From: Desulfatiglandales bacterium
GTDB taxonomy: Bacteria > Desulfobacterota > DSM-4660 > Desulfatiglandales > HGW-15
DNA: 64,000 nucleotides
NCBI GenBank assembly: GCA_963667015.2
Contig: CAXXJJ010000004.1
Span: forward strand, 480,001-544,000
Direction of reading: 5' to 3'
Positions 21,427 to 31,726 of the stretch are shown piece after piece. Position 1 is the stretch's first letter. Every line of letters begins with the position of its first letter. A program made the translations under genes and the position numbers. Under the pieces are notes generated by a model, which was given only the letters and a program-made list of their open reading frames with translations, had not been told where the DNA came from and ran no database searches.

Positions 21427-23910
21427 ATGAATAAAAAAACAGATCGGTACTTGTGTATTCATGGACATTTCTATCAACCTCCAAGGGAAAACCCGTGGAC
21501 AGATACCATATTTATTCAAAAATCCGCACATCCCTACCACGACTGGAATGAAAGGATAACAAGAGAATGCTATGGACCTAACACCCGAAGCAGGCTTCAC
21601 GGTGAAAAGGGGTATATAAAAAAGCTTGTAAATAATTTTGAGATGATAAGTTTTAATTTCGGGCCTACTCTCCTTAAATGGCTGGAAAGATATAATCCAT
21701 GGGTTTATGACCAGATTATTAATGCGGACAGGCTTAGTGCCGAAAGATTTGGAGGCCATGGCAATGCCATGGCCCAGGTATATAATCACCTGATAATGCC
21801 GCTTGCATCGGAAAGAGATAAGATTACCCAGGTAAAATGGGGTCTTGCAGACTTTCATCACAGGTTCGGCAGAAAAGCAGAAGGTATGTGGCTCGCAGAG
21901 ACCGCTGTAGACAGTAAAACCCTGGAGGTTCTGGCAAAGGAAGGTGTCAGCTTCACCATACTTTCACCATATCAGGCCCATCTGGTACGGCCCCTTAACG
22001 CTGGCGCAGATAATCAGGCATGGCAGGATGTCTCAAGTGGTAATGTGGACTGCACAAGGCCCTACAGGTGTTATCCGACAGACGATAAAAACCTTTATAT
22101 CGATCTGTTTTTCTATAACGGTCCTTTATCAAAGGCAATAGCATACGAAAAGATACTTGCCTCCGGGGAGGTATTTCTAAAAAAGATCATAGATGCATAT
22201 CCTGTTGAGCGTGACAACCCCGCGCTTGTAAGTATGGCGACAGACGGTGAATCCTATGGACACCATTTTAAATTCGGAGAGATGGCACTTACCTGGGTGC
22301 TGGAAATGGTTATTGACGGCAAGGATATAACACTGACAAATTATGGTGAATTTCTTGAGAATTTCCCGCCGGAATATGAGGTTAAAATTATTGAAAACAG
22401 TGCATGGAGCTGCGCCCATGGGATTGAAAGGTGGCGTTCGGACTGCGGATGCAGTGTGAGTCAAAATCCTGGATGGACCCAAGCCTGGAGAGCTCCTCTA
22501 AGGAATGGCCTTAACTGGCTGAATGACCATTTATCATCAATCTTTGAAGATAAAACAAAAGACATGCTGACAGACTGCTGGCAAACAAGAGATGATTACA
22601 TATCCATAATTTTAAAACCGGATGATCAGGAAAAGCAATCCTTTTTACTGGAACATGCCTCAAAACCCCTTAATGATGAGGAAAGCAGGCTTGTTTATCA
22701 GCTTCTTGAATCTCAGCAGATGGCCCTATACATGTTTACAAGCTGCGGCTGGTTTTTTGATGATATAGCAGGGTTAGAGGCTATTCAGATTCTGACGTAT
22801 GCAAAAAAGGCAATAGAGTTGTGTAGAGATTTTTCAGGGGATGATCTTGAAGAAGGTTTAAAAGGTTTTCTATCCGAAGCTGTCTGTAATGACCCGAAAT
22901 ATAATAACGGCCTGGATGTATATATTAAAGAAGTGGTGCCACTGGAGCTGGATAATAAAACCCTTCTTGCTAACTATGCAATGGTCTGTGCGATAGACAG
23001 CAATCAGGTTCCAGAGTGGCTCAAAACAGTCTTAACGCCTGGGAAAGAGGAAAAGATAGAAAACGGCGATCCAATTCTTTATCTGTATGAAACAACTTCA
23101 CAGGGCTTTAGCCGGAACAATAAATCGGAATTGTTTTCCCTTTGTTTAAAGACGGATCACAACGAAATTATATGTATCATTGGTGAACGAAACGAAGACG
23201 CAAAACAAATGATGCTGAAAGAGCTTGACAGAATGCTTCCCTTGAAGGGAGAAACAGGTTCAATAGTAAAATTATTTCAACGATTCGTGAATAACAGCAG
23301 GGTCTTCACCATAAGGGATTTAATACCTGACATAAAGAGGCTTATTGTCAGGATGCTTTCGGATCAATTGGAAAGCCGGCTGTATAATATCTTTATTGAT
23401 GATATAAAGCCGATTCAAAATTATCTAAAGACAATTTCTGATTCAGGAGAAGATGTCTCATCCCAATTTAACGATCTGTTCAAATCCGTTTTTTTGAATC
23501 AGCTTGGAAAATTATTAAAGAACTCTGAAAACATACCGATTGATTTTACTGTGGTTGAAAATTTTTTCGAGCTCTTTAACCGGGATAATGAAGAGATAAT
23601 AGAAAACGATAATGATGTCTTTATCCTCGATAACCTGGTAAATCAGCAGAAAACCCCGGTAATGATTGAGGATTATCTTTCCAGTCAGCTTGAAAAACTT
23701 AAATATAACAATATAAATCTATACTTAAATAATATTATAAATACATTTGAATTTATTAATAAATATAAAATTAAACTTGATTGGTGGAAGTGTCAGAACA
23801 CATTTAATGATTTAAGAACTGACAATAATTTTATCAACGGACTTGAAAATACATCATTAAGTTTATTCCGACAGATCGAGCATCTGCTGGGTTTCACCGG
23901 AGGCATATAA
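21427..23910 (+). CDS. Glycoside hydrolase family 57 (DUF3536-type)
   Basis: HGHFYQPPRENPW, GMWLAETA, TDGESYGHH, WSCAHGIERW, MFTSCGWFFDD. Confidence 0.9.
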   Translation: MNKKTDRYLCIHGHFYQPPRENPWTDTIFIQKSAHPYHDWNERITRECYGPNTRSRLHGEKGYIKKLVNNFEMISFNFGPTLLKWLERYNPWVYDQIINADRLSAERFGGHGNAMAQVYNHLIMPLASERDKITQVKWGLADFHHRFGRKAEGMWLAETAVDSKTLEVLAKEGVSFTILSPYQAHLVRPLNAGADNQAWQDVSSGNVDCTRPYRCYPTDDKNLYIDLFFYNGPLSKAIAYEKILASGEVFLKKIIDAYPVERDNPALVSMATDGESYGHHFKFGEMALTWVLEMVIDGKDITLTNYGEFLENFPPEYEVKIIENSAWSCAHGIERWRSDCGCSVSQNPGWTQAWRAPLRNGLNWLNDHLSSIFEDKTKDMLTDCWQTRDDYISIILKPDDQEKQSFLLEHASKPLNDEESRLVYQLLESQQMALYMFTSCGWFFDDIAGLEAIQILTYAKKAIELCRDFSGDDLEEGLKGFLSEAVCNDPKYNNGLDVYIKEVVPLELDNKTLLANYAMVCAIDSNQVPEWLKTVLTPGKEEKIENGDPILYLYETTSQGFSRNNKSELFSLCLKTDHNEIICIIGERNEDAKQMMLKELDRMLPLKGETGSIVKLFQRFVNNSRVFTIRDLIPDIKRLIVRMLSDQLESRLYNIFIDDIKPIQNYLKTISDSGEDVSSQFNDLFKSVFLNQLGKLLKNSENIPIDFTVVENFFELFNRDNEEIIENDNDVFILDNLVNQQKTPVMIEDYLSSQLEKLKYNNINLYLNNIINTFEFINKYKIKLDWWKCQNTFNDLRTDNNFINGLENTSLSLFRQIEHLLGFTGGI

Positions 23911-23911
23911 T

Positions 23912-25981
23912 ATGTTGAACCTTGTAATGGCGCTTCACTGCCACCAGCCGGTTGGCAATTTTGATCATGTCTTCAGCATGGCAATGGAAAAATGTTATCA
24001 GCCCCTTCTGGATATTCTATACAAACATCCTGCAATAAAAACAGGGGTTCATTTTTCAGGACCGTTACTTGAATGGATAGAAAAGAACAGGAACGATTAC
24101 CTTTCCCTGATAGCTGAAATGGTTCAAAGGGGACAGCTTGAAATGCTGTCAGGCGGCTTTTTTGAACCACTGCTGGCAGAGATTCCTGCACGTGATGCCA
24201 TCGGACAGGTCATCATGATGAACGAATATCTTAATGAGAAATTCGGCCGGAAACCAAAGGGCTTCTGGCTTACCGAAAGGGTATGGGACTCTACCCTGCC
24301 GCTTGTCCTCAAGGATTCCGGTCTTTCATATACTATAGTTGATGATACCCACATGTATTATTCAGGCCTGAAACCTGATCAGATATACGGAAGCTACCTG
24401 ACAGAAAAAGAAGGCCACATGCTTAAAATCCTGGCTACGCCTATGGTAATGCGTTACCTGATCCCCTTCAGGCTGGTTGAGGATGTCATTGGCCATTTGC
24501 GGCATGAAGAAAGCCTTGGAAGAAATGTTGCGATTTACGGGGATGATGGAGAAAAATTCGGATTATGGCCCGGCACGAATGAATGGGTAATCCAGAAGGG
24601 ATGGCTTGAACATTTTTTTAAGTCCGTGGAAGACAACGGGGACTGGCTTAAAACAACCCTGCCGAGTGATTATATTGCTTCCAATCCTCCCCTGGGCAGA
24701 ATTTACCTGCCTCAGGCCTCATATGAGGAAATGACTGAATGGGCTCTTCCTGCAGGGCAGTCACATGCACTGGAAAACATCATAAAACGTTTAAAAAATG
24801 ATAATCTCTGGGATGAATGGAGACCATTTGTACGCGGCGGTATATGGGATAATTTTCTGGTCAAATATTTTGAAACAAACAGGATACATAAAAAAATGCT
24901 TTTCCTCAGTGAAAAGGCAGTAAATGACAAAGAGGCACAAATCAATATATGGAGGGCACAGTGTAACTGTGCTTACTGGCATGGCGTTTTCGGCGGCCTT
25001 TATCTCGGGCATTTGAGGCGGGCTCTGCATGAAAACCTTATTGAGGCCCATAAAATCCTGTTGGCAGATTATGAGAAAAAGACAGGCTACATCCTGACCG
25101 ATATAGATAAAGACGGTCATGATGAAATTATCATACATAACTCATCCATGAGCATAGGCATATCCCCTGCCATGGGCGGAGGGATCTTTGATATTTCCTT
25201 TTTTCCGTGTTCATACAATCTGTCAGATACTCTTACCAGGAGGAAAGAAGCCTACCACTACGATATCAATGTAAATAACACCAATGGCGATTCATCAGAA
25301 AACGGGATTGCTTCAATACACGATATCCATAATAAAATCGACAACATCGAAGAACTGCTTGTTTATGATCATTATCCAAGGATATCTCTTCTGGACCATT
25401 ACATGACAGGCGATATATCCCTTGAAAACTATGCAAAAGCTCAGTATCCACCCGAAGCAGACCTTGCTCAAAAAATATACAATCTTAAAAACCTGAATTC
25501 CAATGATGGAATGGTAACAGCTGAACTGGAACTGGCCGATATTACCCCTCTCTTATCAAAAACAATCAGTATCTCTGAAGAAGCCTTTACAACCATCAGG
25601 TACAACTTTTCAAACAATGGCATGGATTTCATCTCAAACATCTTTGGCTGCGAATTTAACCTGACCCTCTATTCCGATCAGGATACTGAAAAATACTACT
25701 TTTTGAGGGAGACCGAAAAGAGAAGGGAAATATCTGAAACAGGTGAGGAAGAAAACATTAAGAAATTTGAACTGGTCAATAAAAGGGACGGATTAAAGGC
25801 GGGATTCGATTTTTCATTACCAGTAACAGTATGGTTTTACCCGATAATGACTGTTTCAAAATCAGAGGAGGGATTTGAACATACATATCAGGGATCAAGC
25901 CTGCTTTTCAGGATGCCTCTTGATTTACCTCCAGGGGGGAAAAAAGAATTCGAGATCAGGTTAAGTATTACTGAAGTCTAA
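23912..25981 (+). CDS. GH57 4-alpha-glucanotransferase/alpha-amylase
   Basis: HCHQPVGNF, WLTERVW, DDGEKFG, ASYEEMTEWAL, QCNCAYWHGVFGGLY. Confidence 0.9.
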   Translation: MLNLVMALHCHQPVGNFDHVFSMAMEKCYQPLLDILYKHPAIKTGVHFSGPLLEWIEKNRNDYLSLIAEMVQRGQLEMLSGGFFEPLLAEIPARDAIGQVIMMNEYLNEKFGRKPKGFWLTERVWDSTLPLVLKDSGLSYTIVDDTHMYYSGLKPDQIYGSYLTEKEGHMLKILATPMVMRYLIPFRLVEDVIGHLRHEESLGRNVAIYGDDGEKFGLWPGTNEWVIQKGWLEHFFKSVEDNGDWLKTTLPSDYIASNPPLGRIYLPQASYEEMTEWALPAGQSHALENIIKRLKNDNLWDEWRPFVRGGIWDNFLVKYFETNRIHKKMLFLSEKAVNDKEAQINIWRAQCNCAYWHGVFGGLYLGHLRRALHENLIEAHKILLADYEKKTGYILTDIDKDGHDEIIIHNSSMSIGISPAMGGGIFDISFFPCSYNLSDTLTRRKEAYHYDINVNNTNGDSSENGIASIHDIHNKIDNIEELLVYDHYPRISLLDHYMTGDISLENYAKAQYPPEADLAQKIYNLKNLNSNDGMVTAELELADITPLLSKTISISEEAFTTIRYNFSNNGMDFISNIFGCEFNLTLYSDQDTEKYYFLRETEKRREISETGEEENIKKFELVNKRDGLKAGFDFSLPVTVWFYPIMTVSKSEEGFEHTYQGSSLLFRMPLDLPPGGKKEFEIRLSITEV

Positions 25982-25995
25982 CGATATCTGTCAAT

Positions 25996-26027
25996 TTCGA
26001 CTTCCTTTAAAAATAGTGGGAGTCGGA
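25996..26027 (+). terminator. Hairpin after the GH57 operon
   Basis: TTCGACTTCC/GGGAGTCGGA stem with GU pairs; no clear T-run. Confidence 0.4.
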
Positions 26028-26306
26028 ATGACATAATAATAAAGTCTGACAAGTACAGCAGTCGTGGATCCATTTTTTATTCTTTAGATATTCTTTCCTT
26101 TTAAAAACCTGCCCTCTCTCATGCTGATTTTTTATTATCCTTTCCCGGAATGTTCTTTGTTTTTATTAAATCTGTAAAGAAGATTAAGCCATATACATAT
26201 CTGCCAAACCTGTTTAAAATATTTATTTTCATTTTATTTTTAATATGTTATCAACTCCATCTTTTTAACATGTAAAAATTATAACCTTCCAGGCAATTCA
26301 TAAAAA

Positions 26307-27644
26307 ATGAAATCCTATAAGGAACATTTAAAAGAAACCATCAAACTGGCGATCCCTGTTGTTATCGGTCAGCTCGGGCACATCATGCTTGGCCTCACAG
26401 ACAGCATCATGGTAGGTCAGGTGGGCGCAGTCCCGCTGGCTGCATCCTCACTGGTCAACAGCGTTGTTTATCTGATACTGGTATTCGGTTTTGGAATGAC
26501 GCTGGCTATTACACCCCTGGTTTCCATTGCCAGAGGCAGAGGACAGAAAGATCAGTGCGGAGTGATCCTGCGGCAGTCGCTTTTACTTAATATATTGGTG
26601 ACTATTCTCCTTTTCATCGGCCTGCTCATAATGGGAGGCATGATTAAATATCTAAACCAGGAAGAAGCGGTTGCAGTTCAGGCTGCATCCTATGCAGGGA
26701 TTATCGCGTTCTCAATAATTCCCTTTATGATTTTTCAGGTTTATCGCCAGTTTATTGAAGGACTGGCCTTTACCAAACCGGCAATGTATGTAACCCTGGC
26801 TGCTAATCTGGTGAATGTGTTCGGCAACTGGGTATTTATATACGGCAACCTGGGTATGCCGGCCTATGGACTGGATGGCGCCGGATATTCCACCTTCATT
26901 ACGCGCAGCTTTATGGCGGCAATCATGATGATATATGTTTCAAAGGCAAAACGTTTTCAGGAATATGATCCGTCATTCAGGTTTCGCAATATCAACTGGC
27001 CGGTTATAAAACAGCTTGCCCGTGTTGGCCTGCCAACCGGTTTTCAGAATTTTTTCGAAATAGGAGCCTTTTCATTTTCTGCTATCATGATCGGCTGGTT
27101 TGGAAGTGCACAACTGGCTGCACATCAGATTGCCATAAGTATGGCTTCAGTTTCCTTTATGATTATATTAGGAATCTCCTCGGCAGGAACAATCCGTGTC
27201 GGACATGCCTATGGCAGAAAAGATATTGACGATGTACGCCGGTCCGGGTTTTTAACTGCAGTTTTCACCTCATCAATAATGGCCTGTTTTGGTGTTCTGT
27301 TCATTATTTTCAGGAACCAGCTTCCGCTTATTTTTTCGGAAGATCCTGCAGTGATTCAGATTGCGGCCTCACTTATTATCGTAGCGGCTCTTTTCCAGAT
27401 TTCCGACGGGGCTCAGGCAGCAGGCCTCGGAGCTTTACGCGGTATTACCGATGTACGCGTGCCCATGATTATTACATTTATTGCATACTGGGTAATTGCC
27501 TTACCCATAGGTTGTTTTCTTGGATTTATATTAAAAATGGAGGTTGTCGGAATCTGGATAGGTCTCTCAGCCGGACTCAGCGCCGCTGCTGTAATGTTAA
27601 ACCTGCGGTTCGGGATTAAAACCAAACGTATAAAATTTGAATAA
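26307..27644 (+). CDS. MATE family efflux transporter (NorM-like)
   Basis: About 12 TM segments; LAIPVVIGQL, DSIMVG, AAHQIA, FQISDGAQ, GALRG. Confidence 0.9.
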   Translation: MKSYKEHLKETIKLAIPVVIGQLGHIMLGLTDSIMVGQVGAVPLAASSLVNSVVYLILVFGFGMTLAITPLVSIARGRGQKDQCGVILRQSLLLNILVTILLFIGLLIMGGMIKYLNQEEAVAVQAASYAGIIAFSIIPFMIFQVYRQFIEGLAFTKPAMYVTLAANLVNVFGNWVFIYGNLGMPAYGLDGAGYSTFITRSFMAAIMMIYVSKAKRFQEYDPSFRFRNINWPVIKQLARVGLPTGFQNFFEIGAFSFSAIMIGWFGSAQLAAHQIAISMASVSFMIILGISSAGTIRVGHAYGRKDIDDVRRSGFLTAVFTSSIMACFGVLFIIFRNQLPLIFSEDPAVIQIAASLIIVAALFQISDGAQAAGLGALRGITDVRVPMIITFIAYWVIALPIGCFLGFILKMEVVGIWIGLSAGLSAAAVMLNLRFGIKTKRIKFE

Positions 27645-27657
27645 TATGATGAGATGT

Positions 27658-27692
27658 TTTCCATCCGGAAAGAGATAAATTCCGGATGGAAA
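27658..27692. terminator. Hairpin between convergent genes
   Basis: Perfect 13-bp stem TTTCCATCCGGAA/TTCCGGATGGAAA. Confidence 0.65.
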
Positions 27693-27727
27693 CCATATAA
27701 TGTGTATTCAGGGACAATCCTTTAATC

Positions 27728-28795
27728 TCATTTAACGCTTTCATAGAAGGTGAGTGAGACGCCTCCGGCCCCCATCCCTGGAGGAGAGCTCAGGTACAGG
27801 CCCTTGTTCAGATAGGCGTATTTGCTGTCTACCTGAACCTCAAAGGTCGGGACCAGCCGTCCGAAACCACCGGCATTACGGATGATGATCACCTCACCAT
27901 CGTTGGTCTGCCACAGATAGCGGGCATCGATTGTCGCAGGATTGGACAGGTTCTGGTAGTCGGCTCCAGCGGCCAGCACTTTTCCCTCTAGCTTCCCGGT
28001 GACCGTCCCTCCGGTGATCGGAATGATGTTCCGGTTGCTCTTGCCTGTGTCTCCCACCGACTGGCCACGTCCCAGGGTTACATTCTCTTCGATCAACAGA
28101 TCTCCCTGTTTTTCCTCTGCCGATGCCTTGCGGTAGTCCCATGACTGATCCTGAAATCCTGACGGTTTTGTTACCTGGACCGAGTTCGATGCATCCGGCT
28201 TCACGGCCACGCCAGAAACGTCAAATACGCTAATCTTCAAGGTCCCGGCATCGAGGTCCACTTCTCTTCTGCCGGCATACTTCCCTGTATTGAGCCAGTT
28301 GTACTCTCCGGCGCTAGGCGCCTCAAATTCCGGCACTATTCTTACGTCGCTGCTATCTGCGGCCGTGCCGGCGATCCTCAGGTAGATGTACTTCCCATCA
28401 TCGGCCTGAAGCACGAATATCTCTTCAACCTCCATACTGCCGTTTGGAAAACTCAACTGAAAGTCCAGACCGCCAAACATCACTGAACCTTTTATCTTGT
28501 CACCATTTATCGTTCCCTCTTTAACAACATAGACCCCCCTCTGTCCATACTGAGTCATGCCCAACTCGTAGGTCTGGTCTAGTTTCATATCAGCCACCAG
28601 CACCGGCACACCCTGTTCAGGTACCGGTATACCTTCTGCCATCCCGCATTGCCACGACCTGTGTGGAATTAACATCTTGTCCGCCCCCGTATACTTTCCT
28701 TCGCCCTGCGGCATCTGGCATGCCTGACATAGAATAAAAAGGCCGATGACTACCAGAATTGCAAGATACGACAATTTAAAGCTTTTGTGTTTCAT
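27728..28795 (-). CDS. Secreted/lipoprotein with tandem DUF3237-like domains
   Basis: Signal peptide; two similar modules (GTINGDKIKGSVMFGGLDFQ...LQADDG and GGTVTGKLEGKVLAAGADYQ...WQTNDG). Confidence 0.6.
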   Translation of the reverse strand: MKHKSFKLSYLAILVVIGLFILCQACQMPQGEGKYTGADKMLIPHRSWQCGMAEGIPVPEQGVPVLVADMKLDQTYELGMTQYGQRGVYVVKEGTINGDKIKGSVMFGGLDFQLSFPNGSMEVEEIFVLQADDGKYIYLRIAGTAADSSDVRIVPEFEAPSAGEYNWLNTGKYAGRREVDLDAGTLKISVFDVSGVAVKPDASNSVQVTKPSGFQDQSWDYRKASAEEKQGDLLIEENVTLGRGQSVGDTGKSNRNIIPITGGTVTGKLEGKVLAAGADYQNLSNPATIDARYLWQTNDGEVIIIRNAGGFGRLVPTFEVQVDSKYAYLNKGLYLSSPPGMGAGGVSLTFYESVK

Positions 28796-28854
28796 ATCAT
28801 TTCCTCGGATTTGTTTTTAATGTTGTTGCGTTGATAAAACTTCCATTTTTCTGT

Positions 28855-29856
28855 TTACTTTTCACCTGCCGAAGCCTGTACGCCGCTCAGTGGATAATTA
28901 ACAACCATTTTCCAGGCCAGTTCCTGCAGGGTACGATTGAACTTTTCCTCGCGATACTCCGGCTTGCTTGAATTTTTCAGTATGCCGGGAACAGGCAAAC
29001 CAACCGGACTGACACCGTACATGACCGCAAAGTGCAGATAAGCGTTAAGGGCAATTACCGGGTCGGTTGGATGCCCTATAAAATCTCTGAATACTTCTCC
29101 CTGGTCGGTCATACCGGGAATCTCCTTATTATAAATCATTAACCTTAAAGCATTGTGAGCCTGGGCAGTGGGAATAAGATAGACAACTGTCCTGCCCGCT
29201 TCTCTGTTCAGTTTCATGGCCAGTTCTTCGGCTGACTTGTCGTTCTTGATATTGATTTTGGCAATTTCTTCGGGGGTTTTGTTGTAGTCCCGGTTGCCGC
29301 CGAACATACCTCCTCCAAAGCCTCCAGGACCTCCCGGAGCGGGCGGCTTTTTTGCAGGTGATCCGGTCGGAGGCGCTCCGGGAGCTCCGGTTTTGGGTCT
29401 GCCGCCGAACATGCCTCCCATCATGCTTTCCATGTCATTGTTATCCACAAGCCCCATTCCTGGCCAGGATATCTGGATATAGAACTTTGCATTCGGATTA
29501 TGCTCCAGTCCCAGTTTAACGAAGTTGTCGATCCCGGGGTCCGGCATTCCGATAGGAGACATTACAAAAGCGTCTACATTGCCTTCCTTGAGGGCCTTTT
29601 TGGCCTGATTCTGATCGTCCGGCAGGTCCCAGTGCTGTGATGTTCGTGAAACGCCAAGGCGCTGTATGCCCAGAACTTTATGACCTTTGATGCCGTAAGA
29701 TTCAGCAACCTCGGTCAGTACGGGGGGCATATCCCACATAAGACTGTGGGAGGCATAGAAGGTGCTCTTTCCATCAGGAGCATTTCCTGACTTAGCTAAA
29801 CATGTTCCGCAGGATAAAATAATGGCTAATAGGGTAAGTAATAATATTTTTTTCAA
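28855..29856 (-). CDS. Secreted hypothetical protein, possibly SGNH-like, with a Gly/Pro-rich loop
   Basis: Signal peptide; early SHS and late DFIGHP (DxxxH-like); AGGAGG RBS before TTG. Confidence 0.5.
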   Translation of the reverse strand: MKKILLLTLLAIILSCGTCLAKSGNAPDGKSTFYASHSLMWDMPPVLTEVAESYGIKGHKVLGIQRLGVSRTSQHWDLPDDQNQAKKALKEGNVDAFVMSPIGMPDPGIDNFVKLGLEHNPNAKFYIQISWPGMGLVDNNDMESMMGGMFGGRPKTGAPGAPPTGSPAKKPPAPGGPGGFGGGMFGGNRDYNKTPEEIAKINIKNDKSAEELAMKLNREAGRTVVYLIPTAQAHNALRLMIYNKEIPGMTDQGEVFRDFIGHPTDPVIALNAYLHFAVMYGVSPVGLPVPGILKNSSKPEYREEKFNRTLQELAWKMVVNYPLSGVQASAGEK

Positions 29857-29926
29857 TTTGTAACCTCCTGAACTGTTAGAGTTTTAATATCTACCTGTAT
29901 CTTTGACTCCTGCTTACCCGGCATAA

Positions 29927-31393
29927 TTATTTAACGGGTACGGAAGGAAAAAAAGGGGAACGGATATATTTACCGATCCATTCTAAAAATATCGGGATAT
30001 TCGGACCCGAAGTATGACCGCCCTCGTGCTGGCGAAAGGCCAGATCGCCTCCAACCAGAGTCCCTACAGGCGGCAGGGGTGCGTGAACCCAGTCCGCGAT
30101 ATCGTAGCCGTACCCCTGCTTTCCAAGTACCCTGTAAACCTTCGAGGCCAGAATTCCTGCGCGGTAGCTGCCCGGTGCATCCACCCATTTGGGATCACCA
30201 GGCTCTATGCCGTAGCTGATGAAGCATGGACGCGGAGCGCACAGGGCGATGAGTTCATGGGAATCGACCGGAAGGTCGGAAGCGTCCATGGACCTGCCAT
30301 TTATATCCGAGGCCCCGTATTTGAGGAAGTTGCCGCACATCCAGTGGTACTCGCCGGTTCCTGTGAGATTTTCAACGGCTTCGCCGAAATCGTGCCTGTG
30401 GAGTTTTGCACCTCCCTCACCGGAGGAGGCTACCAGGGCGACGGCAACGCGCTGGTCAAATGCCTGGGTTACCAGAGCGGCCTTACCGTAACGGGATACA
30501 CCTTCGATAGACACTTTTTCAGGATCGACTTTCATATCAGGATTGGCTTCAAAAAAATCGATCAGTTTGCTGACGCCCCAGCCCCATGCGCGCAGGGCTC
30601 CCCAGTCTTCGGGTTTGCGGGGTTTTCCTTTATTGGTAAGGCCTATGATTCCCTGTCGCAGGGCATTGCCTCCCCTATCAGCCTGAACGCTTGTGGGAAC
30701 GATGGTACCCTGTGCCCAGCCATGGCTCAGGGCCTGCTTGAGAACATCCCCGCCCATGCCGGCGAACATACCGCCTCCAAAACCGAACTGCAGAAAAAGT
30801 GGTACCGGACCAGGTGTATTAGCCGGTACAGTGAAGCTGGCCTGGATATCAACGGTAATATCGGGAAAGCCGCTGTTGTCCACATGACCGACCAGTGTCC
30901 TTTTTATTGTAGGAATCCCTTCAGTTTCGCCTTTGGTGGTTTCGGTAATCTCCCAGGTTACTTCAGGCACATTGACCGGGATGCGGCCGTATACCTCACG
31001 CTCGAAATCTTCGAGGATTTCTGCCCGCCGCCTGCTCCACTGCTGCGGAGTAGTGACCTTTGTTCCATCTTTCATGACAAGAGCATCGGGCAGCGTCGGC
31101 ATCCATTCGTTGGCAGTAGCTTCTTCGAAACCCGGTCCGCTCTGATTGCTTCCGCTTTTGCCGGGCCGCAATGACTTGATGCCCAGCTGGTCCATCATAT
31201 TCTTATGGTCATCATACCTGTCTTTGATCCATGGGGCCGGCTCTTCCTGAAATCCGCCAAAGCCTGCAAACCCTCCGCGTCCCTGGCCAGGCGGTGCTTT
31301 TGGATTGGGTTTGGGTTTGTTTTGTGCAGTACATACCGCTACAGCGCCAAGTATCATGCAGACAATAAGTGTCAACACCAGATTCTTTTTCAT
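29927..31393 (-). CDS. CE15-like glucuronoyl/acetylxylan esterase, secreted
   Basis: WGALRAWGWGVS, GVSRYGKAAL (CE15 G-x-S-R-x-G-K), SSGEGGA, LPVDSHELIALCAPRP, GGH. Confidence 0.8.
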   Translation of the reverse strand: MKKNLVLTLIVCMILGAVAVCTAQNKPKPNPKAPPGQGRGGFAGFGGFQEEPAPWIKDRYDDHKNMMDQLGIKSLRPGKSGSNQSGPGFEEATANEWMPTLPDALVMKDGTKVTTPQQWSRRRAEILEDFEREVYGRIPVNVPEVTWEITETTKGETEGIPTIKRTLVGHVDNSGFPDITVDIQASFTVPANTPGPVPLFLQFGFGGGMFAGMGGDVLKQALSHGWAQGTIVPTSVQADRGGNALRQGIIGLTNKGKPRKPEDWGALRAWGWGVSKLIDFFEANPDMKVDPEKVSIEGVSRYGKAALVTQAFDQRVAVALVASSGEGGAKLHRHDFGEAVENLTGTGEYHWMCGNFLKYGASDINGRSMDASDLPVDSHELIALCAPRPCFISYGIEPGDPKWVDAPGSYRAGILASKVYRVLGKQGYGYDIADWVHAPLPPVGTLVGGDLAFRQHEGGHTSGPNIPIFLEWIGKYIRSPFFPSVPVK

Positions 31394-31477
31394 ATGGCAT
31401 CTCTCTCTTTAAAATTTTGTAAGTGTTGATTCAATGATTCAGTCAAGTTGATAAGAATATGTTTTTTTTCGGAGTGA

Positions 31478-31506
31478 AGTATATGGACCATAGTTTAGTA
31501 TGTCAA
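31478..31506 (-). promoter_or_regulatory. Near-consensus sigma70 promoter, copy 1
   Basis: TTGACA-N17-TATACT upstream of the CE15 gene. Confidence 0.75.
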
Positions 31507-31638
31507 TATACTTTTCTTTTCCCTTTAACGTCTTTTCACTATTGTGCAGAGGATCGGCCATAAAAGAATAAATATTAACAGGAAGAGGCTATAAATAAAT
31601 CATGAGTACAGAGATTTATTTATAGCCCCATTCCAGAT

Positions 31639-31670
31639 AATGAACTGCCCCGCCGCAAGCAGCGGGGCAG
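31639..31670 (+). repeat. GCAAGC-loop palindrome (IS200/IS605-end or REP-like)
   Basis: AATGAACTGCCCCGCCGCAAGCAGCGGGGCAG; near-identical reverse-complement copy at 39284-39315. Confidence 0.65.
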
Positions 31671-31726
31671 TATACATTACGCTTTGTAATAAAAACCGGG
31701 TGATTTATACTATTTATCGACTCACC

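Noticed and set aside
30014..31174. 386-aa plus-strand ORF
   Set aside because: Antisense shadow of the CE15 esterase in GC-rich DNA; no motifs
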